A DNA stretch of 64,000 nt, from positions 1,356 through 65,355 of the forward strand of contig JARLIE010000183.1 of assembly GCA_031291875.1 (NCBI GenBank), in the 5' to 3' direction. Numbering within the stretch: the stretch's first letter is position 1; each line of letters begins with the position of its first letter. A model generated the notes under the pieces. That model was not told the DNA's origin. It worked only from the letters and a program-made list of their open reading frames with translations, and searched no databases. Below are positions 39,397 to 48,846 of this stretch, one piece after another. The DNA comes from Minisyncoccota bacterium. Its GTDB lineage: Bacteria; Patescibacteriota; Minisyncoccia; Phycocordibacterales; UBA2100. A program made the translations under genes and the position numbers.

Positions 39397-39480
39397 TCAC
39401 TACCATCCGATTGCGCTAAGGTTAAAAGAGCACTCCACAGGCAAACAAAAACAGCCCGCTCGTGCGGGTATACTTGGCAC

Positions 39481-40854
39481 ATGTCTCTCAAAAAGGACGT
39501 GGAAATATTTTTCGAAGCGCCGGCTGAAGCCCTGGAAGCAGGTGTCGAAGGCGTTGATAGTCTTGAGCGCAAACTCATAGGCAAGCGGCCGCTCCATCTG
39601 GCACAGGAATATCTCTACAACCTCGGGCCGGGGCTAACGACCGGCGCCGCCGATGACGACCCTTCCGGAATCGCGACCTACTCGCAGGTCGGCGCTGCAT
39701 ACGGGTTTCAATTTCTTTGGCTTTCGCTGTTTTCGTTTCCCCTCATGGCCGTGGTGCAGGAAATGTGCGCCCGCATTGCGATCGTGACAGGAGAAGGATT
39801 GGCGGCGAATATTCGCAAACGCTACCCTGCCCCTATCCTCTACGCATGCGCGACGCTACTTTTCTCCGCGAACACCTTCAACCTTGGCGCGGATCTCGGC
39901 GCGATGGCAAAAGCGACGGAACTGCTCTGGCCGAGCCTCAACTTCGCGCTCCTTGTGTTTGGCTTTGCAGCGATCAGCCTGCTGCTCCAGGTGTTCACGA
40001 CGTACGCGCGATACGCGAAGTATCTGAAATATCTGACCCTCGCGCTCTTTGCGTACGTCGCGACAGCCTTCTTCTCCAACATCAATTGGCAAGACGCGTT
40101 GATGCATACGGTAGTGCCGCACGTCGGATTTTCGAGTGACCAGCTTCTCCTGGTGTGTGCGGTACTAGGAACGACAATCTCTCCTTATCTTTTCTTCTGG
40201 CAGACCTCCCAAGAAGTGGAGGAGGAAATTCTGCGAGGCAAAACAACCATCGAAGAGCGAGCCGCAAAAACACCCCGCAAACATCGAGAGATCCGCGATA
40301 TGCGATTCGACGTTTGGACGGGCATGTTCTACTCGAACATCATCATGTTCTTCATTATCGCCGCGACTGCCGCGACGCTCTTCGCACACGGCATAACCAA
40401 CATTCAAACGTCCGATCAAGCTGCTGCTGCGCTCGAACCGTTCGCGGGGCAATGGGCGTTCGCGCTTTTCGCGATCGGAATCATTGGTACGGGCTTCCTT
40501 GCAGTACCCGTGCTTGCCGGCGCTTCCGCCTACGCTATTTCCGAGAGTTTCAAATTTAAAACGGGATTGTATCGCAAGCTCAAGGACGCTTACGCGTTTT
40601 ACGGCATCATCATGGTCGGCATGCTGATCGGGCTTGTTCTCAACTTCGTCGGCATCGATCCGATCAAGGCACTTATCTATTCGGCGGTCGGCAACGGCAT
40701 TGTTGCTCCCATCGTTCTCTATTTCGTTGTTCGTTTGAGTTCGAGCAAAGAAGTCATGGGCAACCATGCCAACAAGCGCGTCACGAAGTGGATCGGTTGG
40801 ATCACCGTGCTCGCAATGGCGGTAGCGGGTATCGCGGTTATCGCGACGATATAG
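39481..40854 (+). CDS. Nramp-family divalent metal cation transporter (MntH-like)
   Basis: GPGLTTGAADDDPSGIATYSQVGAAYGF matches the Nramp consensus (GPG...DPSGI.T....GA.YG). About 11 TM helices. Confidence 0.85.
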   Translation: MSLKKDVEIFFEAPAEALEAGVEGVDSLERKLIGKRPLHLAQEYLYNLGPGLTTGAADDDPSGIATYSQVGAAYGFQFLWLSLFSFPLMAVVQEMCARIAIVTGEGLAANIRKRYPAPILYACATLLFSANTFNLGADLGAMAKATELLWPSLNFALLVFGFAAISLLLQVFTTYARYAKYLKYLTLALFAYVATAFFSNINWQDALMHTVVPHVGFSSDQLLLVCAVLGTTISPYLFFWQTSQEVEEEILRGKTTIEERAAKTPRKHREIRDMRFDVWTGMFYSNIIMFFIIAATAATLFAHGITNIQTSDQAAAALEPFAGQWAFALFAIGIIGTGFLAVPVLAGASAYAISESFKFKTGLYRKLKDAYAFYGIIMVGMLIGLVLNFVGIDPIKALIYSAVGNGIVAPIVLYFVVRLSSSKEVMGNHANKRVTKWIGWITVLAMAVAGIAVIATI

Positions 40855-42112
40855 AGAGCTTCTCGAGGGCGACAAGATAGGCAGCCTCGCGAAGCGTACA
40901 CTTGCGAGCCTGCGCAACCTCCGCGACCTTCGACGCCGCAAGCTGCATCTTCTCTTCCAAGGCTTTGAAAACCGTTTCTTCGGTCCAGGGCTCGTCGCGG
41001 CGGTTTTGAACCCATTCGAAATACGAAACCGCGACGCCACCGGAGTTCGCGAGCACATCGGGAATGACGATGGTTCCCTTTTCGGCAAGGATCTCATCCG
41101 CTTCGCTCGTCGTCGGGCCATTCGCCATTTCAAGCACGATACTCGCCTGAATTTTCGAAGCGTTCTCTTTGGTGATCGCGTTCTCAAGCGCCGCGGGAAC
41201 AAGAATATCGACAGGGAGCGTCAGCACGTCTTCCGGCTGTATATCCTTGCCACCCAGCGATTCCATATTGGAGAGATCGCAGACGGAACCGACGCAGTAA
41301 CAGCCGGCGATTCGTCCGCTTTGCTCCTTGCATCGTTCGATCGCATCGAGATCGGCTATGCCTCTCGGAATATATAAACCGCCCTTCGAATCAGAAAGTG
41401 CAACGATGACGCATCCCATTTTTTGCAAAAAACGTGCGAGGTGGCTACCGACGTTGCCAAACCCCTGAATCGCGACCGTCATACCTTTAGGATCGCGACC
41501 GAGCGTCTTCAAGATCGATTGGAGCGCAATCGCGCCACCTGCCCCCGTCGCTTCGGTGCGACCGAGCGAGCCTCCCCTTTCGACAGGCTTTCCTGTTACG
41601 ACCGCGGGCGCGGTGGTGTGCGTCACTGTTTCGTATTCGTCGCGGATCCAGTCCATGATCTTCGCGTTCGTGTTTACATCCGGTGCCGGTACGTCCTTAT
41701 CCGGCCCAATGACAGGAGCAAGTTTGCGAGCAAATTCGCGCGTGAGTCGTTCAAGCTCGGCTTCGGAGAGTTCTTTCGGATTGACGGAGATGCCACCCTT
41801 GCCGCCGCCAAACGGAATATCGACGATTGCACACTTCATCGTCATCCAAAACGCGAGTGCCTTTGCCTCATCCATATCAACGCGGGGATGGTAGCGAAGG
41901 CCACCTTTGTAGGGACCGAGAATGTTGTTGTGCTGCACGCGAAAACCGTGGAATGTCTTTACCCTGCCGTCGTCCATCGTAATTGGCAACGACATCTCAA
42001 TAACTCGGTCTGGCTCCGCGAGCCGTGCATGCAAAAGGGCGTTGAGATCCATTTGCTTCGCAGCCGATTCGAGCCGCATGCGTGCTTCTTCCCATGGGTT
42101 CACACTCTTCAT
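40838..42112 (-). CDS. gdh: Glu/Leu/Phe/Val dehydrogenase (glutamate dehydrogenase)
   Basis: 424 aa. GGGKGG catalytic glycine-rich motif and Rossmann GFGNVG. Confidence 0.95.
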   Translation of the reverse strand: MKSVNPWEEARMRLESAAKQMDLNALLHARLAEPDRVIEMSLPITMDDGRVKTFHGFRVQHNNILGPYKGGLRYHPRVDMDEAKALAFWMTMKCAIVDIPFGGGKGGISVNPKELSEAELERLTREFARKLAPVIGPDKDVPAPDVNTNAKIMDWIRDEYETVTHTTAPAVVTGKPVERGGSLGRTEATGAGGAIALQSILKTLGRDPKGMTVAIQGFGNVGSHLARFLQKMGCVIVALSDSKGGLYIPRGIADLDAIERCKEQSGRIAGCYCVGSVCDLSNMESLGGKDIQPEDVLTLPVDILVPAALENAITKENASKIQASIVLEMANGPTTSEADEILAEKGTIVIPDVLANSGGVAVSYFEWVQNRRDEPWTEETVFKALEEKMQLAASKVAEVAQARKCTLREAAYLVALEKLSISSR

Positions 42113-42220
42113 ACGTACATTGTATGCGCTTCTTTCAAAAGGAGGAGTGGATAGCAGACGAATTTCGTGTCCGATTATAAATCAAGACCAAACGGTAAGG
42201 CGCACGTGAGTCTGCAATCG

Positions 42221-43390
42221 CTATTGGTACTGAATGAAACTCGGCGCAGGCGTGAGCGAAAGTACCTCTTGAGGAGTCATGAGCCGGTACGCCGGCGCCT
42301 GCTTGTCGGCCTTATAGAAGAGCTTGAATCCCGTGAATTGCACCGGCTCGGGCACAATCACTTGCTTGTAGGTGTTCACCTTCTTTGCAGGAAAGCCCCA
42401 CCCGTCCATATCCATCACGATTTGTACCTGCGGTAGCGGTGCGATGTTCTTAGCGCCAGTCACCATATCTTCTGTAAATCGGTGCACGACCAGAATTTTT
42501 GGCGGCAAGTTGTCCTGATCGACGATACTCGCCATGTAATTTGCCACCCAATTGATATCACTCGAGTTGAAGGTGCCAATCTCTTTGCCGGGCGGTGTTC
42601 CGTCTTTCATCGAGAACTCCGGATCGATCGCGATCTCGACGTTCGGCTGTTCGATCCATTTTTTGAGGAGCGGGATCTCGGTCTGAACGTTCGAAAGGCC
42701 GACCTGCACGTCGAGTATCAGTATGCCGTGCATTTGATTGGCCATGTCGAGTGCTTTTTGGATTTGGCTATCGGGCATACGGGCGCGGTACATCCCGTCG
42801 GAACCGCGAGAGCCTTGCGCCGTGACGGCAATGTAATCGATTGCCGGAATGACGGGCGTTGAAGGATCGGCTACCTCCCACTGTTTCGTTGTGGAGGCGA
42901 GCATGGCTTCAACTTGAGCCTCGGGATATTCTCCGAGCACCCCCATTCCAGTTGAATAGAAGTTGCCGTAGTAGGCGACGATGCGATTGGAAGGCAAAAG
43001 TGCGCCCGCTTCAGGATATACGCGACGTACCGGCCAAAGCGGTTTTTTTGTCGTGGTCGTCGTTGCGGTTCCGAGGGCGGTCATGGGAGTCGTCGTACCG
43101 TCGAGATACGCCCAGTACCACGCGCTCGCGGGAGTAAGGTGCGCGAGATCGAGCAGTTTCTTGTCGTATGCCGTTTTATCGAGCGTCGGCGGGAGCGAAA
43201 CGGACGAAACAGAAGAGGTCGCGGGAGTTGAAGTTGCTGTTCTATCGTAGGCGATAGCGCCCCCAAAGACGGACGCATAGCTGTATCCAGTGACCGAGAC
43301 AAAGAGAATAAGACCAAGGCACGCGGCTACCCCTCCAAAGACCGGCATCCACCAACGCGCGATCCATTTTTGTTTCTCCCGTTTTGTCAT
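42221..43390 (-). CDS. membrane-anchored hypothetical protein, possibly a TIM-barrel glycoside-hydrolase-like domain
   Basis: N-terminal TM, Thr-rich linker, alternating beta/alpha pattern (IAYYGNFYS, ILILDVQVG, EIAIDPEF, ILVVHRF, IVMDMDGWG). Start set at ATG 43390. Confidence 0.45.
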   Translation of the reverse strand: MTKREKQKWIARWWMPVFGGVAACLGLILFVSVTGYSYASVFGGAIAYDRTATSTPATSSVSSVSLPPTLDKTAYDKKLLDLAHLTPASAWYWAYLDGTTTPMTALGTATTTTTKKPLWPVRRVYPEAGALLPSNRIVAYYGNFYSTGMGVLGEYPEAQVEAMLASTTKQWEVADPSTPVIPAIDYIAVTAQGSRGSDGMYRARMPDSQIQKALDMANQMHGILILDVQVGLSNVQTEIPLLKKWIEQPNVEIAIDPEFSMKDGTPPGKEIGTFNSSDINWVANYMASIVDQDNLPPKILVVHRFTEDMVTGAKNIAPLPQVQIVMDMDGWGFPAKKVNTYKQVIVPEPVQFTGFKLFYKADKQAPAYRLMTPQEVLSLTPAPSFIQYQ

Positions 43391-43436
43391 GCGTGTGCAG
43401 TGTATCACGCACGAATTAGACGGGGAACGACTTTCT

Positions 43437-43664
43437 TCATACTTCTATCGAAAGTGTTTTCGAGGGACGGCGGTGACCCTTGAGAATGCGGATTTTTTTG
43501 GATGGAACGCCAAACATTCGCGCGATTAGCTCGACGACTCGTAGGTTCGCAAGGTTGCCCGCCGGCTTTTCGCGCACGGAAACCTCAAGCGTATCCTCGC
43601 CGACCGCATACACCGATTCGTTTTTGGCGTTGGTTGTTACGCGCACCTTGACCAATTTCGCCAT
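43437..43664 (-). CDS. DUF167 (YggU-like) family protein
   Basis: 75 aa. VKV.V.TNAK...V.GE..L.V.V...PA.G.AN..VV.L...FGV....I.I..G..S..K matches the YggU pattern. Confidence 0.7.
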   Translation of the reverse strand: MAKLVKVRVTTNAKNESVYAVGEDTLEVSVREKPAGNLANLRVVELIARMFGVPSKKIRILKGHRRPSKTLSIEV

Positions 43665-43665
43665 T

Positions 43666-44217
43666 TTAGAAAACGAACGGAATGAGCATCTTCGTGCGCT
43701 TCATGTATTCGGGATACCGGTTGGGAAATTCGTTTTGCATACTCATTTCCTCTCGTTTTCCGGCATACACAAAGTATGCGGATAACACTATAAAGGGTGG
43801 TACCCACCAGACCGTTACCAAAGAAGAACCGAGCCCGGCAAGAATAAAACCCGTATAGATCGGGTGCCGCACATAGGCATAGGGGCCCGAGGTAACGAGT
43901 TCGGCTTCTTCTTTTAGAGACATCGGCATCCCCCAATTGCGCCCAAGATGCATTCTCGCCCAGATCGCGAAGGAAACTCCTGCCCCGCAAAGCACGACCC
44001 CGATCCACTGCACCACAAGCGAGTACTGCACCCCAAGAAAGAACGAGTGGATCCCCGGCAACGAGTCGATTGCAGAAATTACAAGAAGGATAAGAAGGCG
44101 CACGCCCCAACTCATCAAACCGCGCCTCGCATACCGTTTCGTATTGAACGCCGAAACAATCCAATAGACCAGGAAAATGGCCCAGAAGACCGAGATAAAA
44201 ATCGGGGCAGTTAGCAT
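43666..44217 (-). CDS. isoprenylcysteine carboxyl methyltransferase (ICMT/PEMT) family membrane methyltransferase
   Basis: 183 aa, multi-TM. LVTSGPYAYVRHPIYTG motif. Confidence 0.8.
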   Translation of the reverse strand: MLTAPIFISVFWAIFLVYWIVSAFNTKRYARRGLMSWGVRLLILLVISAIDSLPGIHSFFLGVQYSLVVQWIGVVLCGAGVSFAIWARMHLGRNWGMPMSLKEEAELVTSGPYAYVRHPIYTGFILAGLGSSLVTVWWVPPFIVLSAYFVYAGKREEMSMQNEFPNRYPEYMKRTKMLIPFVF

Positions 44218-44359
44218 GGAAAAAGTATAGCACTACACCTTATGAACGAGAGCTATCGCATCGTTCGAGAACTCATGATCTTTCCATGATTCACCGACCC
44301 TTACTGCCCCGTTTGGGATGCTTGAGGCCTTATCCGCTAATTTAGTTAAAGCGTACAGT

Positions 44360-45751
44360 ATGAAATCAGGAAAACTGATAATTATTCCCGCAGCCGGGAT
44401 TGCGCTCGCGAGCGTGCTCGGTTTGTGGACAGCCATCGCATCGGCTGCAACGGGACCGACGACCGAACCGGCAACGTCGATCACGACAAGTGATGCGACA
44501 TTGAACGCGATGAACAGCGGTACGGCAGCGACGGACAGCTCGTTCTGGGTTTCGACGAGCACGTTCTCGACCGCGAGCTCGACCATCCCGGCAGGCGTCT
44601 ATTCGACGCCCGATCTAGGTGCCCAAGCAGCGAGCAGCACGTTCTCGTCCCAGCTGTCGTCCGCAGTCGGATTGCCTTCGATTACACCGGGCACGACCTA
44701 TTACTTCGTTGTCTGGACTTCCGCCGACGGCGGAGCGACATGGACACCGGGCTCTGAGCTCAGCTTCACCACGCTCGCATCTGCGCCGACGGTAACCAAC
44801 GTCTCGCCGAGCGCCGGTAGTACCATCGGCGGCACTGCCGTTACCATCACCGGCACTGGATTGAGCGGCGCCACCTCCGTTAGCTTCGGAGGCACCGCAG
44901 CGACTAGCGTAACGGTCGCGAGCAGCACCTCCATCACGGCGGTCGCTCCCGCACATAGCGCCGGAGTCGTCGATGTTACGGTAACAACCCCGAGCGGCAC
45001 AAGTGCGACAAGTTCCGCCGACCACTTCACCTATTCCGCTCCGGTCACTACTCCGACGATCTCGAACATCAACGTAACCGACATCGGCACCTCGACCGCG
45101 ACTGTACATTGGACGACGAACGTCGCGGCTGATTCGACCGTAAACTACGGAACCACAACAAGCTACGGTTCAAACGCGACGAACGCGACCGCAACAACCT
45201 CACACTCGATCGTACTGAATAATCTTTCGGAGGCGACCCTGTATCACTTCGATGTTCAGTCATCGACCGGAACTTCAACGACGGCAACCTCGAGCGACCA
45301 GACCTTCACGACCCTCTCGACCGCGTCGTCAACACCACTCGCAATCACCAGTATTAGCACCGTAAAGTCTTCCGGTATCGCCGATAATTCGTTCATCGAC
45401 GGTTGGACCTGGGTGATTCACTTCACCGTCCCAGACACCGAGAATGCGTTCCGCATTCGCTTTAGCGACTGGGGCAATCCGTCCAACTCGTTCCCGACCG
45501 CAAGCAACGTTCGCATCTCTTCGGCGCAGTCGAGCAATGCTTCCAGTTCTGCAAACGGGATTATCGAGAACGATAACGGGTACAGTGATTGGCTCTACCT
45601 CAACGGCGACACCTCTTCAACGACGCCGGGCAGACAGATTGATCTCCAAGTCGACGTGAAAATCCCGTTCGGCACCCCGCCGAACCCGTACACGGCCAAC
45701 TTTACGGCGGAGTCTTGCCCATCGACGGCAACCTCGACGCCCGCTTGCTAG
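44360..45751 (+). CDS. secreted protein with IPT/TIG and fibronectin-III-like domains
   Basis: Signal peptide MKSGKLIIIPAAGIALASVLG. IPT/TIG-like VTNVSPSAGSTIGGTAVTITGTGLSGATSVSFGG...VTV. FN3-like PTISNINVTDIGTSTATVHWTT...YHFDVQS. Confidence 0.65.
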   Translation: MKSGKLIIIPAAGIALASVLGLWTAIASAATGPTTEPATSITTSDATLNAMNSGTAATDSSFWVSTSTFSTASSTIPAGVYSTPDLGAQAASSTFSSQLSSAVGLPSITPGTTYYFVVWTSADGGATWTPGSELSFTTLASAPTVTNVSPSAGSTIGGTAVTITGTGLSGATSVSFGGTAATSVTVASSTSITAVAPAHSAGVVDVTVTTPSGTSATSSADHFTYSAPVTTPTISNINVTDIGTSTATVHWTTNVAADSTVNYGTTTSYGSNATNATATTSHSIVLNNLSEATLYHFDVQSSTGTSTTATSSDQTFTTLSTASSTPLAITSISTVKSSGIADNSFIDGWTWVIHFTVPDTENAFRIRFSDWGNPSNSFPTASNVRISSAQSSNASSSANGIIENDNGYSDWLYLNGDTSSTTPGRQIDLQVDVKIPFGTPPNPYTANFTAESCPSTATSTPAC

Positions 45752-45781
45752 CTTCTCACTTATCGGCCTAATTCCGCGAAC

Positions 45782-46378
45782 ATGAAAAAGAACATTATTC
45801 TAGCGGCCATGATCGCCACGCTAAGTTGTAGCTCGATAGCATTCGCGCAATCTACCGTCAGCGGTACGCTCTCGGCAGGTGGTGGCGCACCAGCAACAAC
45901 GACCTCCAGCACGACAACCGTGACAGGTACGGTTACCGGCGGTAACTCGCTGACCGGCACGGTGAGCAATCCGTCGCTCACCGGCACTGTCGGCAACGGC
46001 AACTCGCTTACGGGAACTGTCACCGGTTCTTCCGGGGGCGGAGGCGGTGGGGGCGGTGGAGGAGGATCCATTGGTAATGGTCCGCCCGTGGGCGGTGGGG
46101 GCGGAGGGCCAGGCTACGTAATCGTCTGCCCTAACCTCTCGGATCCATATACCCTTCCGAGCGGCTATGGAATCGTCGGCGGCAACTGTGAACCACTCGC
46201 GGCAATCGGCGGCGCAGGTGGCTCAGGAAATCCTGGAGGCACAAGCACCAGTACTTCGCCCGGCATTCCAAATACCGGTGCCGGGGGCAACGCACAGACT
46301 ACTGCTCTCGTGCTCGCAATCTCCGGAGTAATCTCGACCTTTGCGGGAACTGCGGTGCTTCGCAGACGCCTCGCGTAG
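45782..46378 (+). CDS. Gly-rich secreted protein with C-terminal IPNTG sortase-type sorting signal
   Basis: Signal peptide, NSLTGTV tandem repeats, poly-Gly tract. C-terminus IPNTG + hydrophobic segment + RRRLA, a classic cell-wall sorting signal architecture. Confidence 0.65.
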   Translation: MKKNIILAAMIATLSCSSIAFAQSTVSGTLSAGGGAPATTTSSTTTVTGTVTGGNSLTGTVSNPSLTGTVGNGNSLTGTVTGSSGGGGGGGGGGGSIGNGPPVGGGGGGPGYVIVCPNLSDPYTLPSGYGIVGGNCEPLAAIGGAGGSGNPGGTSTSTSPGIPNTGAGGNAQTTALVLAISGVISTFAGTAVLRRRLA

Positions 46379-46396
46379 CATCACTTTCAGCAAAAG

Positions 46397-46428
46397 CAAA
46401 ACCCCGACCTGACGGTCGGGGTTTTCGT
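46397..46428. terminator. bidirectional Rho-independent terminator
   Basis: AAAACCCCGACC-tgac-GGTCGGGGTTTT. Confidence 0.75.
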
Positions 46429-46708
46429 TGTGAGAACTGGCGACAGTGCCCGTGAAGACACCCTTGAGACGCAAATCATTCGGTCGCGCCGGGACGGAGA
46501 GATAGAGAAAGATGAAAAGACTGATCACGACACCGCCCAAGAGAAAGAGTGCTTGCAACGGCGTGGAGTAGCGACCGATAGCCGCGATACAAAGAATCGC
46601 GATAATGACGAAGCCAAGCAGTGTCGATGTGTACAAAACGGTCATTCGACGCTCCATTCTTGCCGGACATGATTTCCGGAAGAAATTGTATCACTTAAAA
46701 CTAATTTG

Positions 46709-47323
46709 TCAATTTGCGTACGGATGCTCTCGTAAAAGCAATGCTGCATGTAAAAGATTTTTTGCGGTGTTTTTTGCCATATGAGCGACCGCACCGTTCT
46801 TGAGGCGACGTTCTCTGTCGGTCGCAGGATCGAGACCAACTTCCCCCACCCAATAGGTACAGCACTGCGGCGGCAAAGTGAAATTTAGAAACGAAAGTAC
46901 CTCCATAAGCCCGGCCATCACCGCTTGCGCCCCATCTTCGCTTCCGGTGATAACGATGCCCGCGACCTTGTTCAACAAAACCGATCTGCCGCCATGGATG
47001 GCTTCTTCGTCGAAGGCATCCATCCGCTCGATCACCCGTTGCATAAGACTGGAACGACCTCCCCACCAAATCGGCGTCGCGAAGATCACGATGTCCGCGG
47101 CGATTATTTTCTGTACGATATCCGGCCATTCGTCGTCCTCGCTCTCTTTGAAACCAAGGCCTACTGGGATTCGTTTATCGGAAAGACGAATGACCTCGGA
47201 TGAAATCGGTGAGATCGCCTGCATCTCGTTGAGCACGAGCTGCGCGACTTCCTGTGTATTCGAGGGGGTCTCGTCCTGCTTGAGGGACGCGTTTAAAACA
47301 AGAACATTCAGTGGTTGTGTCAT
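46709..47323 (-). CDS. NADPH-dependent FMN reductase / flavodoxin-like fold protein
   Basis: Start at MTQPLNVLVLNASLK. Flavodoxin-like motifs (ADIVIFATPIWWGG). Confidence 0.8.
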   Translation of the reverse strand: MTQPLNVLVLNASLKQDETPSNTQEVAQLVLNEMQAISPISSEVIRLSDKRIPVGLGFKESEDDEWPDIVQKIIAADIVIFATPIWWGGRSSLMQRVIERMDAFDEEAIHGGRSVLLNKVAGIVITGSEDGAQAVMAGLMEVLSFLNFTLPPQCCTYWVGEVGLDPATDRERRLKNGAVAHMAKNTAKNLLHAALLLREHPYAN

Positions 47324-47356
47324 GGATATAAGTATACACATTCTTACCGCATCGAT

Positions 47357-47872
47357 TTAAAATTTCCTGCTGTCGTAGGCCCAGTGGAGGAGCGCCTGAC
47401 GTTGTTTGGGGCGACAAGAAAAATCTCCTTTGCGGCAATGCATTTTTAGTTGCGCGATATGGCGGCGAATAGCTATCCAACGCTTGATTTGCCGCTCATC
47501 GTCCGAACATCGTCGGCCCAGGTAATACCGGCAGTACCATTGGAACCAACCCCGTGGATCGTCTTTGTAAATCCACCCCTTCTTTCGCCAAAGAGAAAGC
47601 GGCTGGCTCGCGTTGACGCCGAAGAAATTGCGCCGGGGATCGTGTACGTAAGTTCCCTTCTCTTGAAATCTTGCTTTCGCGAACCAATCTTTTGGAAATT
47701 CTTTCACGCAATCACGCATATACACGCCACCAAAAACGCCGAGTGCGAGCATTTGCTTGGGCGTGAGTTCCGGCTTGAATCGCGGATCGAAATGCTTGCC
47801 TGCTGGCTCGCTGAGTTCGTAGCGGTAGCCTTTTTGCATGGCGTCGCGGACCTGTATCGATTTGCGCCTCAT
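47357..47872 (-). CDS. conserved hypothetical Trp/Cys-rich protein
   Basis: 172 aa from the ATG at 47872, which is ATGA-coupled to the TspO stop. Distinctive segment GWFQWYCRYYLGRRCSDDERQIKRWIAIRRH. Confidence 0.5.
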   Translation of the reverse strand: MRRKSIQVRDAMQKGYRYELSEPAGKHFDPRFKPELTPKQMLALGVFGGVYMRDCVKEFPKDWFAKARFQEKGTYVHDPRRNFFGVNASQPLSLWRKKGWIYKDDPRGWFQWYCRYYLGRRCSDDERQIKRWIAIRRHIAQLKMHCRKGDFSCRPKQRQALLHWAYDSRKF

Positions 47873-48348
47873 GTCGCAAGCGACCAAAACGTATAGGTAA
47901 GGTAGGCGGCATAGCTCACCCACGCGAGGTACGGTAGCAAAAGGAGCGCAGCGGAGTTCGAAATCCTTGCAAAGGCTGCTATCGTCGCGATGATCGCAAA
48001 CCAGAGGAAAACTATTTCGATACAAGCGCCGCCAAGATTGTGATACCCAAAAAAGATGACCGACCAAAGAACATTCAATACGAGTTGCAGCAAGAAAATG
48101 CCGAGCCCGATGCGGACATCTTTTCGATCGCCACCACTACACCACACGAGAAAGGCCGCTATGCCCATCAGCAAAAAGAGTGTCGTCCACACTGGACCAA
48201 ACACCCAATTGGGCGGGGCGAGTTGGGGCCTCGCGAGCGTGGCGTACCAGCCAGCGATGGAGGGAATAGTAAATAGCGAGCCCAGTGTCCCTGCCCCTTC
48301 GCTGAGCGCAATAAAACCTATAAGCACGAGCCATTGCTTACCGCGCAT
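47869..48348 (-). CDS. tspO: TspO/MBR family tryptophan-rich sensory protein
   Basis: 159 aa, 5 TM. Trp-rich motifs (PPNWVFGPVWTTLF, LWSVIFFG). Confidence 0.9.
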   Translation of the reverse strand: MRGKQWLVLIGFIALSEGAGTLGSLFTIPSIAGWYATLARPQLAPPNWVFGPVWTTLFLLMGIAAFLVWCSGGDRKDVRIGLGIFLLQLVLNVLWSVIFFGYHNLGGACIEIVFLWFAIIATIAAFARISNSAALLLLPYLAWVSYAAYLTYTFWSLAT

Positions 48349-48417
48349 TGCTATAAGTTTACACCACGAATCAGCTCTGACTGAGCGGCTCGTGCGATTG
48401 CCTGCGAGCGGATTGCT

Positions 48418-48717
48418 TTAAAAAAGAAACGCGAGGAGAACAATGACGCCGGTTAGGAGCGCGAACGAAACGAGCGTCTTTGAAAAGAATTCCACCGCTT
48501 CGCGCTTTTGCCCTTCAGCGTACATAAGCGCGGGCTGGAGAAAGAAGAGGTAGCCCATAAAAGCGGCCGAAAAGACGAGCAGGGAGAGCATCGCCATCGG
48601 CACGAGAATACCATTCGATTTTGCGCCGACAAACGTGGGACCGTAGCTGATGAGAAGCACGACAAGAGCCACATACAACCCGGCGACAAGCGCGTTGAGG
48701 TAAGGATTTTTAGTCAC
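48418..48717 (-). CDS. small membrane protein (99 aa, 3 TM)
   Basis: Hydrophobic ORF. No motif recognised. Confidence 0.45.
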   Translation of the reverse strand: MTKNPYLNALVAGLYVALVVLLISYGPTFVGAKSNGILVPMAMLSLLVFSAAFMGYLFFLQPALMYAEGQKREAVEFFSKTLVSFALLTGVIVLLAFLF

Positions 48718-48846
48718 CTGTTTAGTATATCAGCACCGTGCATCGTCGGTCGAGGTCACTGAATTGTACAATTGATGCCCGGTGATGCTAGGATGCCGCC
48801 TGGAAGAAACCCTAGCGAAGGAGCTTTTGCCATGGAAAAGTGAACA

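Noticed and set aside
45760-46071. Minus-strand ORF beginning MDPPPPPPPPPPPEEP (poly-Pro protein)
   Set aside because: It is the reverse-complement shadow of the GGN-rich, Gly-rich coding tract of the plus-strand 45782-46378 gene. It has no independent RBS.
46223-46657. 144-aa minus-strand ORF
   Set aside because: It overlaps the 3' end of the Gly-rich gene and reads straight through the strong bidirectional terminator hairpin at 46397-46428, so it is likely spurious. A short membrane peptide in its first about 70 codons cannot be excluded.
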